From Octopus vulgaris (taxonomy: Eukaryota): a DNA stretch of 64,000 bases. The DNA lies in the NCBI GenBank assembly GCA_951406725.2, contig OX597815.1, positions 18,414,001-18,478,000 on the forward strand. The letters are read 5' to 3'. Below are positions 1 to 14,455 of the stretch, one piece after another. Each line of letters begins with the position of its first letter. Positions within the stretch are counted from its first letter, which is position 1. The notes under the pieces are model-generated. The model was not told where the DNA came from. It made no database searches and worked only from the letters and a program-made list of their open reading frames with translations. Both the position numbers and the translations under genes were made by a program.

Positions 1-106
1 GATGATGGACCAAAAAGTGTGTGACTGGGTTTGTTGCTGTGGACCGGGCTGGAACGCGCCCATAAAAATAAAATAGAAATAAATAAATTCTTTATAAATA
101 GAAAGT

Positions 107-628
107 AAGGTGAGGAGGGTAGTGTTGGAGAGGTAAGGGTAAGTGCAGCAGCGCGGGCAGGAGCAGAGCAACGAGCCGGGTGGGGAAGTTGGTTTAGGCA
201 AGTAGCTGTGGACCAAGAGGTCTCGTAGGCTGTGGGCTCGTCTGAAGGAGAGGAGGGGTCGGTTAGGGAGGATGTGCGAAGTAGAGGGTCGGACTGGAGT
301 CGGAGAATGGTGCGTTGGAGAGGTAGGGTGGTGGGGTGGTAGGTGAGGGGACATGGGAGACAAGAGACGGCGGGGTGGGTGCGGGGCTAGAGAGCAGATA
401 CACGGTCTACGGAACGTGCTCTGTCAAGGACGGTGTGGGTAGTGGTGATGGGATATCCACGTAGGATGAAGTGGCGAGCCATGAGTTGAGACTGAGTGTG
501 AGTTGAGTAATAAGTGTGAGTCTGTGTGTTTGTAGTGATGGAGGTGGTGAGATTGGAGTGATGAATGTTGACCGAAATGTCAAGAAAGAGACAGATCTGT
601 GAGAGATAGTGGAGGAGAAGTGGAGGGC
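107..628 (-). mobile_element. Degenerate Penelope-like retroelement fragment (RT thumb/linker region)
   Basis: Minus-strand translation FLDISVNIHHSNLTTSI...QSQLMARHFILRGYPITTTHTVLDRARSVDRVSAL is homologous to the PLE ORF at 17645-18730; frameshifted, with deletions. Confidence 0.85.
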
Positions 629-666
629 ACACACATACATACATACATACATATACATACATATAT

Positions 667-1601
<935 letters not shown>

Positions 1602-3609
1602 ATATACGCATAGGCACCCACACACTGTATTGTACAAAACATGAAGTACCCTGTCAATCTGCCTCGACTACAATGTAGTGCACACATGGCATCAAGAGGA
1701 AGAGTTTGTATGAAACTATCATTTTGAAAAATACTTCATATATCTAAGTCTTATATGTTGTCTCTCTGAAGTTAACCGTTTCTATTCAGTCTCTCTTGCT
1801 ACCTTTAACAGCTATAACACACAAGCAGGTCAAACTTCTTATCTTTCGGTTTTATTATGACGTTAATATATCATGAAAGATTAAATAATGGCTGCTATTG
1901 GCAAACTTCCGCGTACTCTAATCATTCTATTGACATAACAGACTGTTTTGCCGAAAGCTACACAGTGACAAAATTGGATTCCTTTGCATCATAATGGGGT
2001 TGTATCTATCATTGTGTTTATCGATTGTTTATATCTAACACAATTTGTGGATGTCCAACACCTTTTCCTTTTACGTACTGTATTTTACGATGTTTTGTAT
2101 TTTCCTGGCGTATTTCATTTGTATTTTATATTTTTGAATATTTATAATACTGAAATTGCCTTCAGGTGTGACTTGAAATCTGTGATGAATGACAAAAAAT
2201 AAAAGAATTCATTATATAAAAATCAAACAAGGTTAATAACATACTCCATATCTTAGTGTTTTGTTCAATTATACAACATTTCATATAAACAGAAATAGAA
2301 ATTCCGACTTGCGAAATAATATATTGAAATTGCTGTTCGAGACTGTTTGTTTTTATAGAAAGTAGTTTTGTTATTGTTATATGTAAATATTTGTTAACTG
2401 GTTAGAATTTTCTTCTCTTCAGCAGAAAAGTAACAATAACAGTGATTACGTGTGGAGGCTATATTTAGCGGGGAAACTCATGTAAAATATATTTATAATA
2501 TCATTATAATTAATGCCAACACAGTAAATAAATTACTCTAAACAAGACCCTTCATCATTACTAATTTCTAATTATGCTTTCCAGAAATGTTACAGACTTC
2601 CTACCCCTTTAGCATCTACCCCGTTTTCAGTAGTGCCTTTGAAACAGGGTAACTTTCTACCTTGTATATATTCTTTTATAATGACTAAATATGTTTCAAG
2701 AAGAAAACAAATTATCAATTCTTCAGAAACTCATATTGTTACAGTATGTAAAAGTCGGTAAGTTATGAAACCTGTCGTGTTGAAGTAAATAATGTGAAGG
2801 TAAACAAACTACTATCACCTCATTTCTCTTGTAGATAGCAAATATCGAGTGACATAGTGAGGTTTTCTTGTACATACAATTATATGTAACTTAACATTAG
2901 CAAAAGTAAAAGGAAAAAACTCCACGTATCTATCATAATCGAATGACTGTGATTTGTTTTTTCTTCGCTTCTCATTAGCCTTGATTGATTACTTCAGCTG
3001 TAGAAACAATCATATGGAGAGGCAACAAAAATAAAACAATGGCATTGACAGTTAATAAGAGGAATTTTCTCCATTACAGACGTTGATTTGATTTTCATAC
3101 AACAAAAATAATTCAATTATTAGTTTTGTAGTAGGTTTTAGATGTTATTTTATCGATCGAATTGGTGCTAATTATTTCTTTTACGAAGCTGACCGCCATG
3201 TTTAAGGTTTAAGTAATAAAGTATCTAGAATTGACATTGAGATTAGAAATGGTGTTTGAAAAGAATAAGTGAATTCGTTCCAATACGCTTCGATTACTAT
3301 GGTTGTAGTATCAACAGTACTATACTTATGTAAAGTCATCATTAAGTCAGCATAAGCACGAGTTTCATCTATAGAAACTCAATAATTCGCTCAGACGTTT
3401 ATCACACATATATACACATACAGATCTGCCCCCCCCACACACACACACTCACACAGTAGAATGTATTCGTTGCTTCATCTGCTTTATCTACAAAATGAAG
3501 ATACTAGTACATGGTACAGATGAAATAAGAGAAAATAATTCAATTATATAATGAATGATGACACAGCAACTATTGACAAAATGTTTCAAAATATGAAAAA
3601 TAAATTTTT

Positions 3610-4140
3610 CTATTTCGTTTTTGGATTTGGTTTGCAAAATTCTTTATATAAGTTCGTGTGTTGAAGCATATTGTTGTGTCTGAGGAGAGTCATTTTCTTT
3701 TTGTGTCTTATAATGTAACACACTTACCGGTAAAATTTCCACTTATTTCTTATTTTTATTTTCCTAAACTTTTCGTTGCGTCTTGCAACCATTTGAATAG
3801 TGTTGATTCTCAGATTTTGTGTATAGCTTGGAGGAGATGCATGTTTTAATGAAGTGGAGGTGTCGGGTAGCTATCTTGATTTTTAGACAGCAGAACACGG
3901 TGTTTCTCAATGTCTTGCTAGCTTGGCTAAAGCTTATTACATTTCCTTTCTGGATTTGGTTTGCAAGATTCTTTATATGATTTCGTGTGTTGAAGCATAT
4001 TCTGTTGTGTCTGGGGAGAGTCATTTTCTTTTCGTGCCTTATAATGTAACACACTCACCGGTAAAATTTCCACTTACTTCTTATTTTTATTTTCCTAAAA
4101 TTGTCGTTGCGTCTTGCAACCTTTTCAATAGTCTTGACTC
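3610..4140 (-). mobile_element. Two direct copies (~3610-3810, ~3940-4140) of a ~200-bp pseudo-LTR-like module carrying a hammerhead-like motif
   Basis: Both copies share ggatttggtttgcaa...gtcattttctttt...accggtaaaatttccactta...cgttgcgtcttgcaacc. Confidence 0.6.
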
Positions 4141-4490
4141 TGTTTTCTAGTTATGAAATATGATTTTTCTCTAATCCTGACAAAGTTTTACTTGACATTA
4201 CAGCCACTGTTTTCATCAAAACTATTCAAGTTTGTTACTAATGTGCAATATTCGTATTTGCTGGTTTTTTAATTCTTAACTATTTCATTCTCAATATGAC
4301 ACAATACCATATATTTGTAGGGATGTGTCTACACAAACATATCCACCTCAGTTCATGAGTGAGCCCATTGATTGCGGCGGATGTGAAGAAAATATTTGTA
4401 CGTAGGAGAAAGAAACATGTGAAATAATTCATTCTAGTGCCCTGCTATTTGTGCCACTTCGCAATCACTATATTCTAGAGCTTCATTTAA

Positions 4491-4873
4491 GGCGGCAAGC
4501 TGGCAGAATCGTTAGCACGCCGCTACGTTCTGAGTTCAAATTCCGCCGAGGTCGACTTTGCCTTTCATTCTTTCGGGTCGATCACATAAGTACCAGTTAA
4601 GCACTGGGGTCGATATAATCGACTTAATACCCATGTCTGTCCTTGTTTGTCCTCTTTGTGTTTAGCCCCTTATGGGTAGTAAAGAAATAGGTATTTCGTC
4701 TGACGTTACGTTGTGAGTTCAAATTCCACCGAGGTCGACTTTGCCTTTCATCCTTTCGGGGTCGATCACGTAAGAACCAGTTATGCACTGGGGTCGATAT
4801 AATCGACTTAATCCGTTTGTCTGTCCTTGTTCGTCCCCTCTGTGTTTAGCCCCTTGTGGGTAGTAAAGAAATA
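4491..4873 (+). mobile_element. tRNA-derived SINE family B (Nin/Deu-like domain gcctttcatcctttcggggtcgat), dimeric
   Basis: Head ggcggcaagctggcagaatcgttagc, B-box-like gagttcaaattcc, two body units, imperfect TSD tatattctagagcttcat/tatagtctagagattcat. Confidence 0.85.
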
Positions 4874-5110
4874 TATAGTCTAGAGATTCATGATAAACGA
4901 TCCTTCATCAAATAATTTTAAGAAGGAAAGTCCTTGAAACTTTTTAATCCAAGAAAATAACTTAATATTTACTTTAACATTGGTATTAAACTATCAGTGC
5001 AAATACCAACTCAGCATAGCCTTTCTTTGTGTGCTATAATAATCATTGCAGTTCACACAACCCCAATATTTAGGGATCTCTAAACATCCAATTATTGTCC
5101 ATATAGAATA

Positions 5111-5626
5111 CCGTAAATCCTCAAGTATAGTCCGCCTTTGAGTATAATAATGCAGGGGATTTTTAGCGGGCTGTACCTCTGAAAAACCTAAACCTTGTGT
5201 ATAATACGCACCCCGTCTCTAACTTGAGTCAAGGAGGTCTATATAACGTCCTTGGTTTGTAAAAATGTATACAGTAACGTCCTTTATTATTATTGTATAT
5301 ATAACATAATGCAAGCGTGTAGCTTTTTGTGCATTTTGTTTGCAGAAAATAAAGAAATAACAGTAATAACGTTTAATAAATGTTGTTTACTGCAAGTTAT
5401 GGATGATTCTTTTATAACTTCATTGCTTTCAGGCTTAGCTTAAGGTATTTCCGCGCCTGACATTACAAAATGCGTCTGAATAAACATAGCCGGACAGCAA
5501 ATAGAGACTCGGACATTGCTTAGAAAATAATTTTCATTTTTGACCTCGTATATAGTACGCACTAGGGATTTTGAGCTTTAAATTTTGGAGGAAAAAAATG
5601 CGGATTATGTTCGAGGATTTATACGG
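5111..5626. mobile_element. Non-autonomous Tc1/mariner-pogo-type DNA transposon (MITE)
   Basis: TIRs ccgtaaatcctcaagtatagtccgc / gcggattatgttcgaggatttatacgg, each end flanked by TA. Confidence 0.75.
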
Positions 5627-5974
5627 TATTCATTGTTTTTCATCTCTCATTATCTGTACTAATTCCTGCATCAATTCAATCTATCTGGTCGGCCTTGTTC
5701 TTCTTATAACTTTCAACAGTCTACTCTGAATAGTAGTCAAATAATCTTCAACCAGTTATCTTCACTGCAGCATTTGCGTAGCTCTAGAAAGGGCTAAGAG
5801 CAACGTCTCTTATCATTATAGAGAAAACAGAGAAAACACGAAAAGGTTGTAGTTCTTGTGTTCAAAGATTCGCAAGAGAATTATTTAAACAATGTCTTCA
5901 TCGCTGAAAATATATATATCAAACCTATTGAAAGATAATTTAATTCCTCCCCACTAGAACTAAGACAATAGCAT

Positions 5975-5982
5975 GACTACTA

Positions 5983-6046
<64 letters not shown>

Positions 6047-6120
6047 TACTACTACTACTACCGCTACTAATACTACTACTACTGCTGCTGCTACTACTAC
6101 TACTACTACTACTACTACTG

Positions 6121-6170
<50 letters not shown>

Positions 6171-6183
6171 GCTCCTGCTGCTG

Positions 6184-6245
<62 letters not shown>

Positions 6246-6323
6246 ACTACTACTTCTACTACTACTACCAGCACCAGCACTACTACTACGATGACGACGA
6301 CGACGAAGGCGGCGGCGGCGGCG

Positions 6324-6356
<33 letters not shown>

Positions 6357-6357
6357 G
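5975..6357. repeat. (CTA)n/(CTG)n trinucleotide microsatellite
   Basis: Read directly; source of the poly-T/poly-V pseudo-ORFs. Confidence 0.95.
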
Positions 6358-7115
6358 CGAGCATGGGATATCCACTGGAAGCGTTGGGTAACCTAAATAG
6401 ATAGCACAACAGGTATTTAAATACGTCAGAATTTTAAGAGATCCTCACTGTGAATAATGCATCTCAGTGCAATGGACACAAAGAAGCCTTCATAGGAAGA
6501 GGAAAATCTTTAAAACAAGCAAACATTGTCTTCTATCACTGTTACTAATAATAGCCTTTTTCCTTTTTTGTAGTCTCCGTCCTAAATATTCGCGAAATTC
6601 CGCTCTGTTGAACATCGTCAATTTCTCAATTTATTTATATATTAATTTATTTATCTATTTATTTATTTACTTATATGGGTATTTATTTATTTATTTATAT
6701 ATTTGTTTGTGTATTTATATATAACTCAGCGAAAGATGCGACTAATACGTGTTAGGTTACTATGACCTGATAGCAAATAACAATGCACCTTTTAAAGCCT
6801 CTACATTAAAGGAATTTACATACTTTAACGCACAATAGATAAGGAAGGACACTTGAATGGAGTATTTTTACCTCTGTTGCATCATACAACATAACGATGC
6901 TTTCAAATTCTGGCACATGGCCAGCGGTTTTTGAATGAGAGGGAAGTCGACTGGTACTTATCAAGTACTGGAAACGATGGAAATCAAAGTGGATTTTGGT
7001 GGAATTTAACCTCTGAATGTTAAGATGAACACAATGCCGCTAAGGATATTGTCAGGCGAGCTAACAGCTCTACTAACTGCCACCATTCATAATAATAATG
7101 ATAATTATAATAATA

Positions 7116-7468
7116 ATCCTTTCTACTATAGGCAAAAGGCCTGAAATTTGGTAGGAGGGAGTTAGTTGATTACATCAACCTCAATGTTCCACTGGTTCTT
7201 ATTTCATCGACACCGAAAGGATAAAAGGCAAGTCGCATTCGACCGAATTTAGATTCGAAAGGATGAAAAGCAAAGTCGACCTCGGCGGAATTTGAACTCA
7301 GAACGAAGCAGCAGACGAAATACCTATTTCTTTACTACACACAAGGAGCTAAATACAGAGAGAACAAACAAGGACAGACAAACGGATTAAGTCGATTATA
7401 TCGACCCCAGTGCGTAACTGGTACTTAACTTATCGACCCCGAAAGGATGAAAGGCAAAGTCGACCTCC
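7116..7468 (-). mobile_element. SINE family B fragments (composite)
   Basis: gaaaggatgaaaggcaaagtcgacctc is the reverse complement of the family B body. Confidence 0.8.
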
Positions 7469-7549
7469 GGGCAAACGGGCTGGGGCAATCTCTCAATATA
7501 CATTCAAGTATTCGGACTCACGTGGACTGGTTTCTGGACTGGCATTATA

Positions 7550-7694
7550 GCCTCACCTTCTTCAGCACGCGTTACCATGATGGAAAGCCACGACCCATCA
7601 CGCTGTAGTCTGCGCTGCAACAGCCTCACATTCTTCAGCACGCGTTACTATAATGGAAAACCATGACCTTTCACATTGAAGTCTGCGCTGCAAC
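7550..7694. repeat. Tandem duplication of ~73 bp (2 copies)
   Basis: agcctcac.ttcttcagcacgcgttac...gtctgcgctgcaac occurs twice. Confidence 0.85.
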
Positions 7695-7749
7695 TGATTC
7701 GTTGAAACCAGAAGGTAACTATATGTGACTGTTTAATGGTGCCACATAC

Positions 7750-8750
7750 AAAAGTAGCCTTGGAACTGTCTAAATTTCAAAGGGTCTTTCTGAAGCTGGA
7801 CATAGTAAGCGTAAAATCGCCGAAAACCTTGTGTTCTTCCCTTCTACAGTGAATAGAGTGATTGTGCAATTCACCAGAGAGAGGAAGAATCCACATCACC
7901 TCGCACAGATCAACCTCGGCCCTCTGACAGGATCCTACTCTTTGTTAAGAGAAGTGTGGAGGATAATCCACGTTGAAAGGCCTCTGACATAATAGAACAA
8001 GTTGATGCCAGTCCCAGAATAGTTTGTCAGGTATCTCCACAAACTTGGTTACTATGGCACTTCGTCAACCAGCCAACATATAACGGAGAAAAGATTGGGC
8101 CAGTGAGATGGTGGAGCGGCCACTAGCATTTTGGGACACTCTGACAGTGGTCGAGTGTGGGTCAGGAAACTGATGAAGAATTTGATATGAAAAGATTGCA
8201 GTGAACAATGAAACACGGCAGCTATTCTGTGATGGTCTGGGGGTGCAGTTTAGACCAATGGTTGATCAGAGCTGGTGGAGTGTGAGGGAAAGATAAACGG
8301 AGATAAATATGTGTCCATATTGCAGAAAGGACATCTTCCAATCTTCTCCAGTGGTAAAATGATTAAAGAATACTCTTTATTTATGGAAGATGGGGTTCCT
8401 TGTTACACAGCTAAAATGGCCCAAGATTTGTTGGATGAGAATGGCATTAAAAAGCCTCCAGTCACCAGGTATGAACCCTATTGAACACCTCTGGAATATA
8501 ATGGACAGGACACTTCATAAAAAGAACAAGAAAGTATCTTCAAAGCCAGATCTTTTGAGGTTACTGGATGAAACTTGGCGGGAAATTCTGCAAGACAATA
8601 TTCGTCATCTGATCAGTAATATGCTTCACAGGGTATTTGCACTGAAAAATGCAAAGGGAATGTCTACTAAATATTAAATATTCACATCATAACAATAAAT
8701 ATTTTGAATGTATAATTTCAGTTAAATAAATTTTAATCCTTATAAGAGTG
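7750..8750 (+). mobile_element. Tc1-family transposase pseudogene (copy 1)
   Basis: Fragments GKINGDKYVSILQ, LFMEDGVPCYTAK, SPGMNPIEHLWNIMDR...NAKGMSTKY match the Tc1 DD34E region; frameshifted. Confidence 0.88.
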
Positions 8751-8759
8751 TCCAGAAGA

Positions 8760-9656
8760 AAACCAAAACTTTCAAATAGGGACCGTCGGACTCTTCTGTG
8801 AATTGTTAGAAAGGATCACAAAAGTACAGCTCCCAAGATTACTGCAGAGCTTAATGACCACCTTGAGAACCCAATTCCCACAAAAACTGTTCGCCGGGAA
8901 CCCCACAAAGCCGGATTTCACGGGCGGGATGCAATCAGAAAACCACTACTTTCAAAAACAAACGTTGCAAAGCGTTTACAGAAATGGTTCCTAGAGCAGT
9001 GGAAGAATGTTATTTTCTTGGACGAGTCATCCTTTATCTTATTCCCGACCACCGGCCGAGTTCACGTGCGGAGACAGCTAAAAGAAGCATTTAAACCAGG
9101 CTGCCTTCTTCCAACTGTTAAATACGAGAGAGGATCTGTGATGATCTTGGGGGGCGGGAACTATATCTTGGAAATCAGCCGGCCCAATGGTTACCCTTCA
9201 TGGCAGAATTAATAGTCAAGACTATTTAAGCATTTTATCTGACCAAATTCATCCTATATTTGCGGAACTGCTTCCAGAGAGAAAAGCAATCTTTCAGGAT
9301 GATAATACATCAATTCACACAGCTAAAGTTGTTATTGAATGGCACGAGGAGCATTCTAATGAAGTTGAGCATCTTTTCCGGCATCACAGTCACCAGATCC
9401 CAATATTATTCAACATTTATAATGCATTTTAGAAAACCATCATCACTACAAGATATCCTTCACCATCACCACTACAAGAAATGGAAACTGTTTTAGCTGA
9501 AGAATGGACAAAAATTCATTTGGAAACAATTCAAGCTGTACAAGTCCATACATGGTACAATTCAAGCTGTAATTACTGCCAAAGGCGGTCCTAACCCATA
9601 TTAAAATTAATTTGTTAGAAATTTTAAGGTGTTTCCATTATTTTGCCCAACCCCTG
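8760..9656 (+). mobile_element. Tc1-family transposase pseudogene (copy 2, different subfamily) with right TIR
   Basis: VIFLDESSF, LLPTVKYERGSVMI, GRINSQDYLSILSD, IFQDDNTSIHTAK; ends ggtgtttccattattttgcccaacccctg followed by TA. Confidence 0.88.
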
Positions 9657-9666
9657 TATATATATG

Positions 9667-10388
9667 ATCTTTTCTGTTTGGCTGCATTTTTTGAAATGTT
9701 AAAATTAAGTGAACATTATCAATGTTTGGTCTAATAGTGCAATTTTCCACGTTCAATCTCAGGGACTAATTCACTTGTTCCAGAATGAAAGCTATACTGT
9801 GGTTTAACGTTTGATAGTTTTTACCCAGTCAGATAACAGGATTTGGAAGCTGCCATTTTTGTGCCTGACTTCAGTCGTAAGACGACAAAACAATCATATC
9901 AACATTGCGACGATAGCACGTATTTTAAGCATTTATTGAGCGGAATGTGACCAAAAACCAACTAAGCAACACATATTTTGTAGTTTTAAGTATTCAATGT
10001 GTATCCATTGCGAAAAAAAGAATAAACAGAATATTTTCTAGTTTTAAGAACAGAAAACAGCAAACTGTAAGCAAATGAAATATTTCACAAACACACGCTT
10101 TTCGTTTTTCGTAAACACACGTTTTTCACACGTTTTCTATATAGAAGAGTTCCCAACGATTGACATGTTACAATGGAAACAAGCACCTACATGTCTGAGG
10201 CTTTCGATTGGCAAAAATGACTCAGAATTGGAAAACTTTAAAAGTTGTTAACTGTTTATTTATTGATTTATGGTTAAAGTGAATTTCATGTTAATAATGA
10301 GCATACAAAATTACATCAGTACATCAAATTTTAAATCTTGTGAAACAAAATAGAAGGAATTGAAAAGTAGCGGCCAAACAAATGATCC
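9667..10388. mobile_element. Probable non-autonomous DNA transposon with imperfect TIRs
   Basis: gatcttttctgtttggctgc ... gcggccaaacaaatgatcc, with both ends in TATATA. Confidence 0.5.
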
Positions 10389-10420
10389 TATATATAAGTT
10401 GCTAAATTGCTAATAAGCAA

Positions 10421-10731
<311 letters not shown>

Positions 10732-11788
10732 CATACATACATACATATATAGGCATACATATATATATAGGTATGTGTGACTGTGTGTGTCTCTGTGTGT
10801 GCATGTGTGTATGTGTGTGCGTGCTTGCATATGTGCCTCTATGTTTATATTGATGTAACTTTGCAGATCGATACGATAGGGATGATATACGGCATTGAAA
10901 TCTCATCGGGATTAATTTGATTTCAATCAATAAAATATGAATCTATATGTTTACTCAAAACTAGTTATTTACAGAAATCAGTGCATTCTTTATAATAAAG
11001 TTCACTGAGTGTCAACGCATAGAATTAATGACGAGTTCTGAGTTCCCGATAAGCCAACAAAGACTGAAGCTGTCCAGTATTTTTAGCAAATATTAATTTC
11101 CTTACTCAGTGTGGGCAGAATTCTAAAGTGCCAGTGTATGTAATATAATAAACCTCCGACTGACAGTGGCCATATACACAATAATGATGAATACTTAGTG
11201 GAATGTTGTCAGTTTCAGATGATATGTTCATCTTTCTATTTTTTTTTTCCATGATAGGATTCCACAAAAAGCCGGTTGTTGTACGACAGTCTACTATGCT
11301 TAATCTATCCATGCTTATTAGCTGAAATCTATAACTTTATACTGCTGTGCATTATAGTAAATACACAAACGCATGTATGCACAAACACACACGAGTGTAA
11401 ATCAAATAGAAAAAGATGTTTAGCCCCACCCCATGTGAGTAATATTTACACAGACCATCAAACTAAGGTGTTCTACCGATAAGCGTCACATTAGTTCTTT
11501 ACTCCTCTAAGATACAGCAAATGGAAGGTAAACCGTTTTTGAAGAAACGACGTATGTATGACTGCATTATCCTCTGTGTCATTTGAGGGAGAAGTGCTAC
11601 TACTTCTAGCAGATCGAGCGAGCACATACAGTATAGTGTACAGCAATATGCATGTAGATTCTAAGGTTTGCTACAACACACAAAGGTTGGTAATTTGTGA
11701 AATTTTCTCTGTACAAGCATAACTTACCTATAAACACGTCACAAAAACAACAAAAAGCAAAGCAAACATTAGTTAAACGGTTCCTAAT

Positions 11789-12201
11789 ACTCTCTTTAAT
11801 CTTTTACTTGTTTCAGTCATTTTGACTGCGGCCATGCTGGAGTGCCGCCTTTAGTCGAGCAAATCGACCCCCGGGACTTATTCTTTGTAAGCCTAGTACT
11901 AATTCTATCGGTCTCTTTTGCCGAACCGCTAAGTGACAGGGATGTAAACACACCAGCGTCGGTTGTCAAGCAATGTTAGAGGGACAAACACAGACACACA
12001 AACATATACACACATACATATAAACATATATATACATATATACGACAGGCTTCTTTCAGTTTCCGTCTACCAAATCCACTCACAAGGCATTGGTCGGCCC
12101 GGGGCTTATAGCAGAAGACACTTGCACAAGATGCCACGCAGTGGGACTGAACCCGGAACCATGTGGTTAGTTAGCAAGCTACTTACCACACAGCCATTCC
12201 T
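11789..12201 (-). mobile_element. tRNA-derived SINE family A (CORE-like domain, internal microsatellite)
   Basis: Reverse complement of ggctgtgtggtaagtagcttgc...gggttcagtcccac...gactgaaacaagtaaaag. Confidence 0.9.
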
Positions 12202-13123
12202 ATTTTAACTGAAGCTCTTACGTAATTGTCTGTTATTTAATATTTGTAAGGAACCATTTAAACCAAAATGCTGTAATACCAAATACTTAATGTTACTCTT
12301 TAAACTCCAATAATTTTAACATATTTCAAATCGTGTGACATACAGTTCAGATTTTTACTTCAAACACATAATTTCACACACAAAGCTAAAACCTCTCTGC
12401 AATGATTTTGTATATTCACAGTCATATCTTTTGATATATTACAGACAACTTTCAGTTCATAAGCTGTTATTTGCTCGTATATTTCCCTTTCTATTATCAA
12501 ATTTCTACTCTTGAAGATTATCTGCTACTATAAACACCTCAATTAACTCTAATTTAGCACCTATAAACCAGTCAACCATATTTCTCCTATACCATCTCCC
12601 GTCTGCACAACAGTGCGTGGACAATATCATTTAAATCTCGAAATCAGTAACACGTATTGACCCAAACCAACACTATTAATCTTTGTGTAATTGCCCGTTC
12701 TTTCCAGACTGCGATCTACCTTAGAATGAATAATTCATGCTTAAAGCATTGTGAAACACGTGGTATTGCGCAAAGAGATTTCTTGCCAAAATAACGAATT
12801 ATGGTTCGAAAGCAGTCATAAAAAATTGATAGCAAACTGAATCAAATTCAGAAGAGTGAAATCTGTTGCGAATTGGTTTGGGCGTTAAAAGTATAATTCT
12901 TTTTGTATTCTATGAATTACTTCACCTACATGATACTGTAAATCATAATTTTCGCTAATTTATAAAGTGTTACAACAAAAAGTGATGTAGATAAAAGGTT
13001 GTTTTCGTAACTGCATAACTGGAGTTCAATATCATCATGTTGCATCGAGACCAAGTGATTTCTGCTATAGATTTCGGTTGACCAATGTCCTGTGAATAGT
13101 ATTTAACAGATGAGAACTATCTA

Positions 13124-13154
<31 letters not shown>

Positions 13155-13224
13155 ACATACATACATAACATATAGCTATGTATTTTGTACAGATGGTAGG
13201 GTGTAGATTAAGAGAAATTTGACA

Positions 13225-13386
13225 GCAGGAGTAGCTGTGTGGTAAGTAGCTTGCTTACCAACCACATGGTTCTGGGTTCAGTCCCACTGACGTGGCACCT
13301 TGGGCAAGTGTCTTTTACTGTATTGCCTCGGGCTGACCAAAGCCTTGTGAGTGGATTTGGTTGATGGAAACTGAAAGAAGCCCGTC

Positions 13387-13437
<51 letters not shown>

Positions 13438-13646
13438 TGTGTGTCTGTGTTTGTTCCCCCAACATCGCCTGACAACCGATGCTGGTGTGTTTACGTCCCT
13501 GTCACTTAGCGGTTCGGCAAAAGACATCGATAGAATAAGTACTAGGTTTACAAAGAATAAGTCCTGGGGTCGATTTGTTCGACTAAAGGCGGTGATCCAG
13601 CATGGCCACAGTCAAATGACTGAAACAAGTAAAAGAGTAAAGAGTA
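13225..13646 (+). mobile_element. SINE family A
   Basis: A/B-box-like head, accttgggcaagtgtctt core, internal (TA)n, tail aaaagagtaaagag. Confidence 0.9.
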
Positions 13647-14356
13647 GCAGTTTCTAGTAGGCCAGGCAACTGAAAGATGGTCGCTGATCAGAATTTGTAG
13701 ATTATCTGTCAAAATGACTTCCTGGATACAGTTACGTTAATTTTCTCTTTCAGTTCAATTGAGAACGATTAAATAAGAACAATTGCTATGAACAGTCTAA
13801 GGGATTATGCTTTCTTTGGAGATATGTGGAATTGTGCCTAGGTCAATAATTGTAATATTGTTTTACTTCCGGGTCAACTCTAATGAGACGAAACATCAAA
13901 GACATTCCAGCCGTGTCCATCACATCTTTTCTTCTATCGTGGTGTATCTATGATTGATTATCAATTGTAGGGTGCGACTGGAAGGAGACTTGGCTGTTAT
14001 TTCAACAAGTTATGTTTGAAACTCTGGAAAACATTGTTTAGTAACATTTCGTAGGTCTAACACACCTTTGATGACAAGTCAAATCGATGGGCACCCCTCT
14101 TTAATTATTTCGTAGCTGCATTCAGACACAGCTCGGTTGTGTGGGGACCGGAATGCCAAAGAACAGACCAAACATTCCCTCTGCGTGCCGTAAAAGGCAG
14201 GATTTGTACTCCGACCTCACCACAAACGATACCGAAAAAGACCCATGGGCTGGAGGATTGTCGCTTGAGTAGTGTAAAGGCATCATTCACCAGGAGTAGA
14301 GAATAAACCACAAATGTTGGATGCAGCGCCGCGCTTTTACAGTTCATGCCACCATA

Positions 14357-14395
14357 TTATTACTACTACTACTACTAGTAGTAGTGGTAGTAGTG

Positions 14396-14438
<43 letters not shown>

Positions 14439-14455
14439 AAGTAGTAGTAGTAGTA
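14357..14455. repeat. (CTA)n/(TAG)n microsatellite
   Basis: Read directly. Confidence 0.9.

Noticed and set aside
5960-6409. Mucin-like Thr/Ala ORF and antisense poly-Val ORF
   Set aside because: Pure trinucleotide microsatellite with no codon diversity or supporting gene structure
8165-8200. CTGATGA...GAAA
   Set aside because: Lies inside Tc1 coding remnant with no pairing stems
14100-14350. Possible LINE fragment
   Set aside because: GC-richer island, but no motif I can assign confidently
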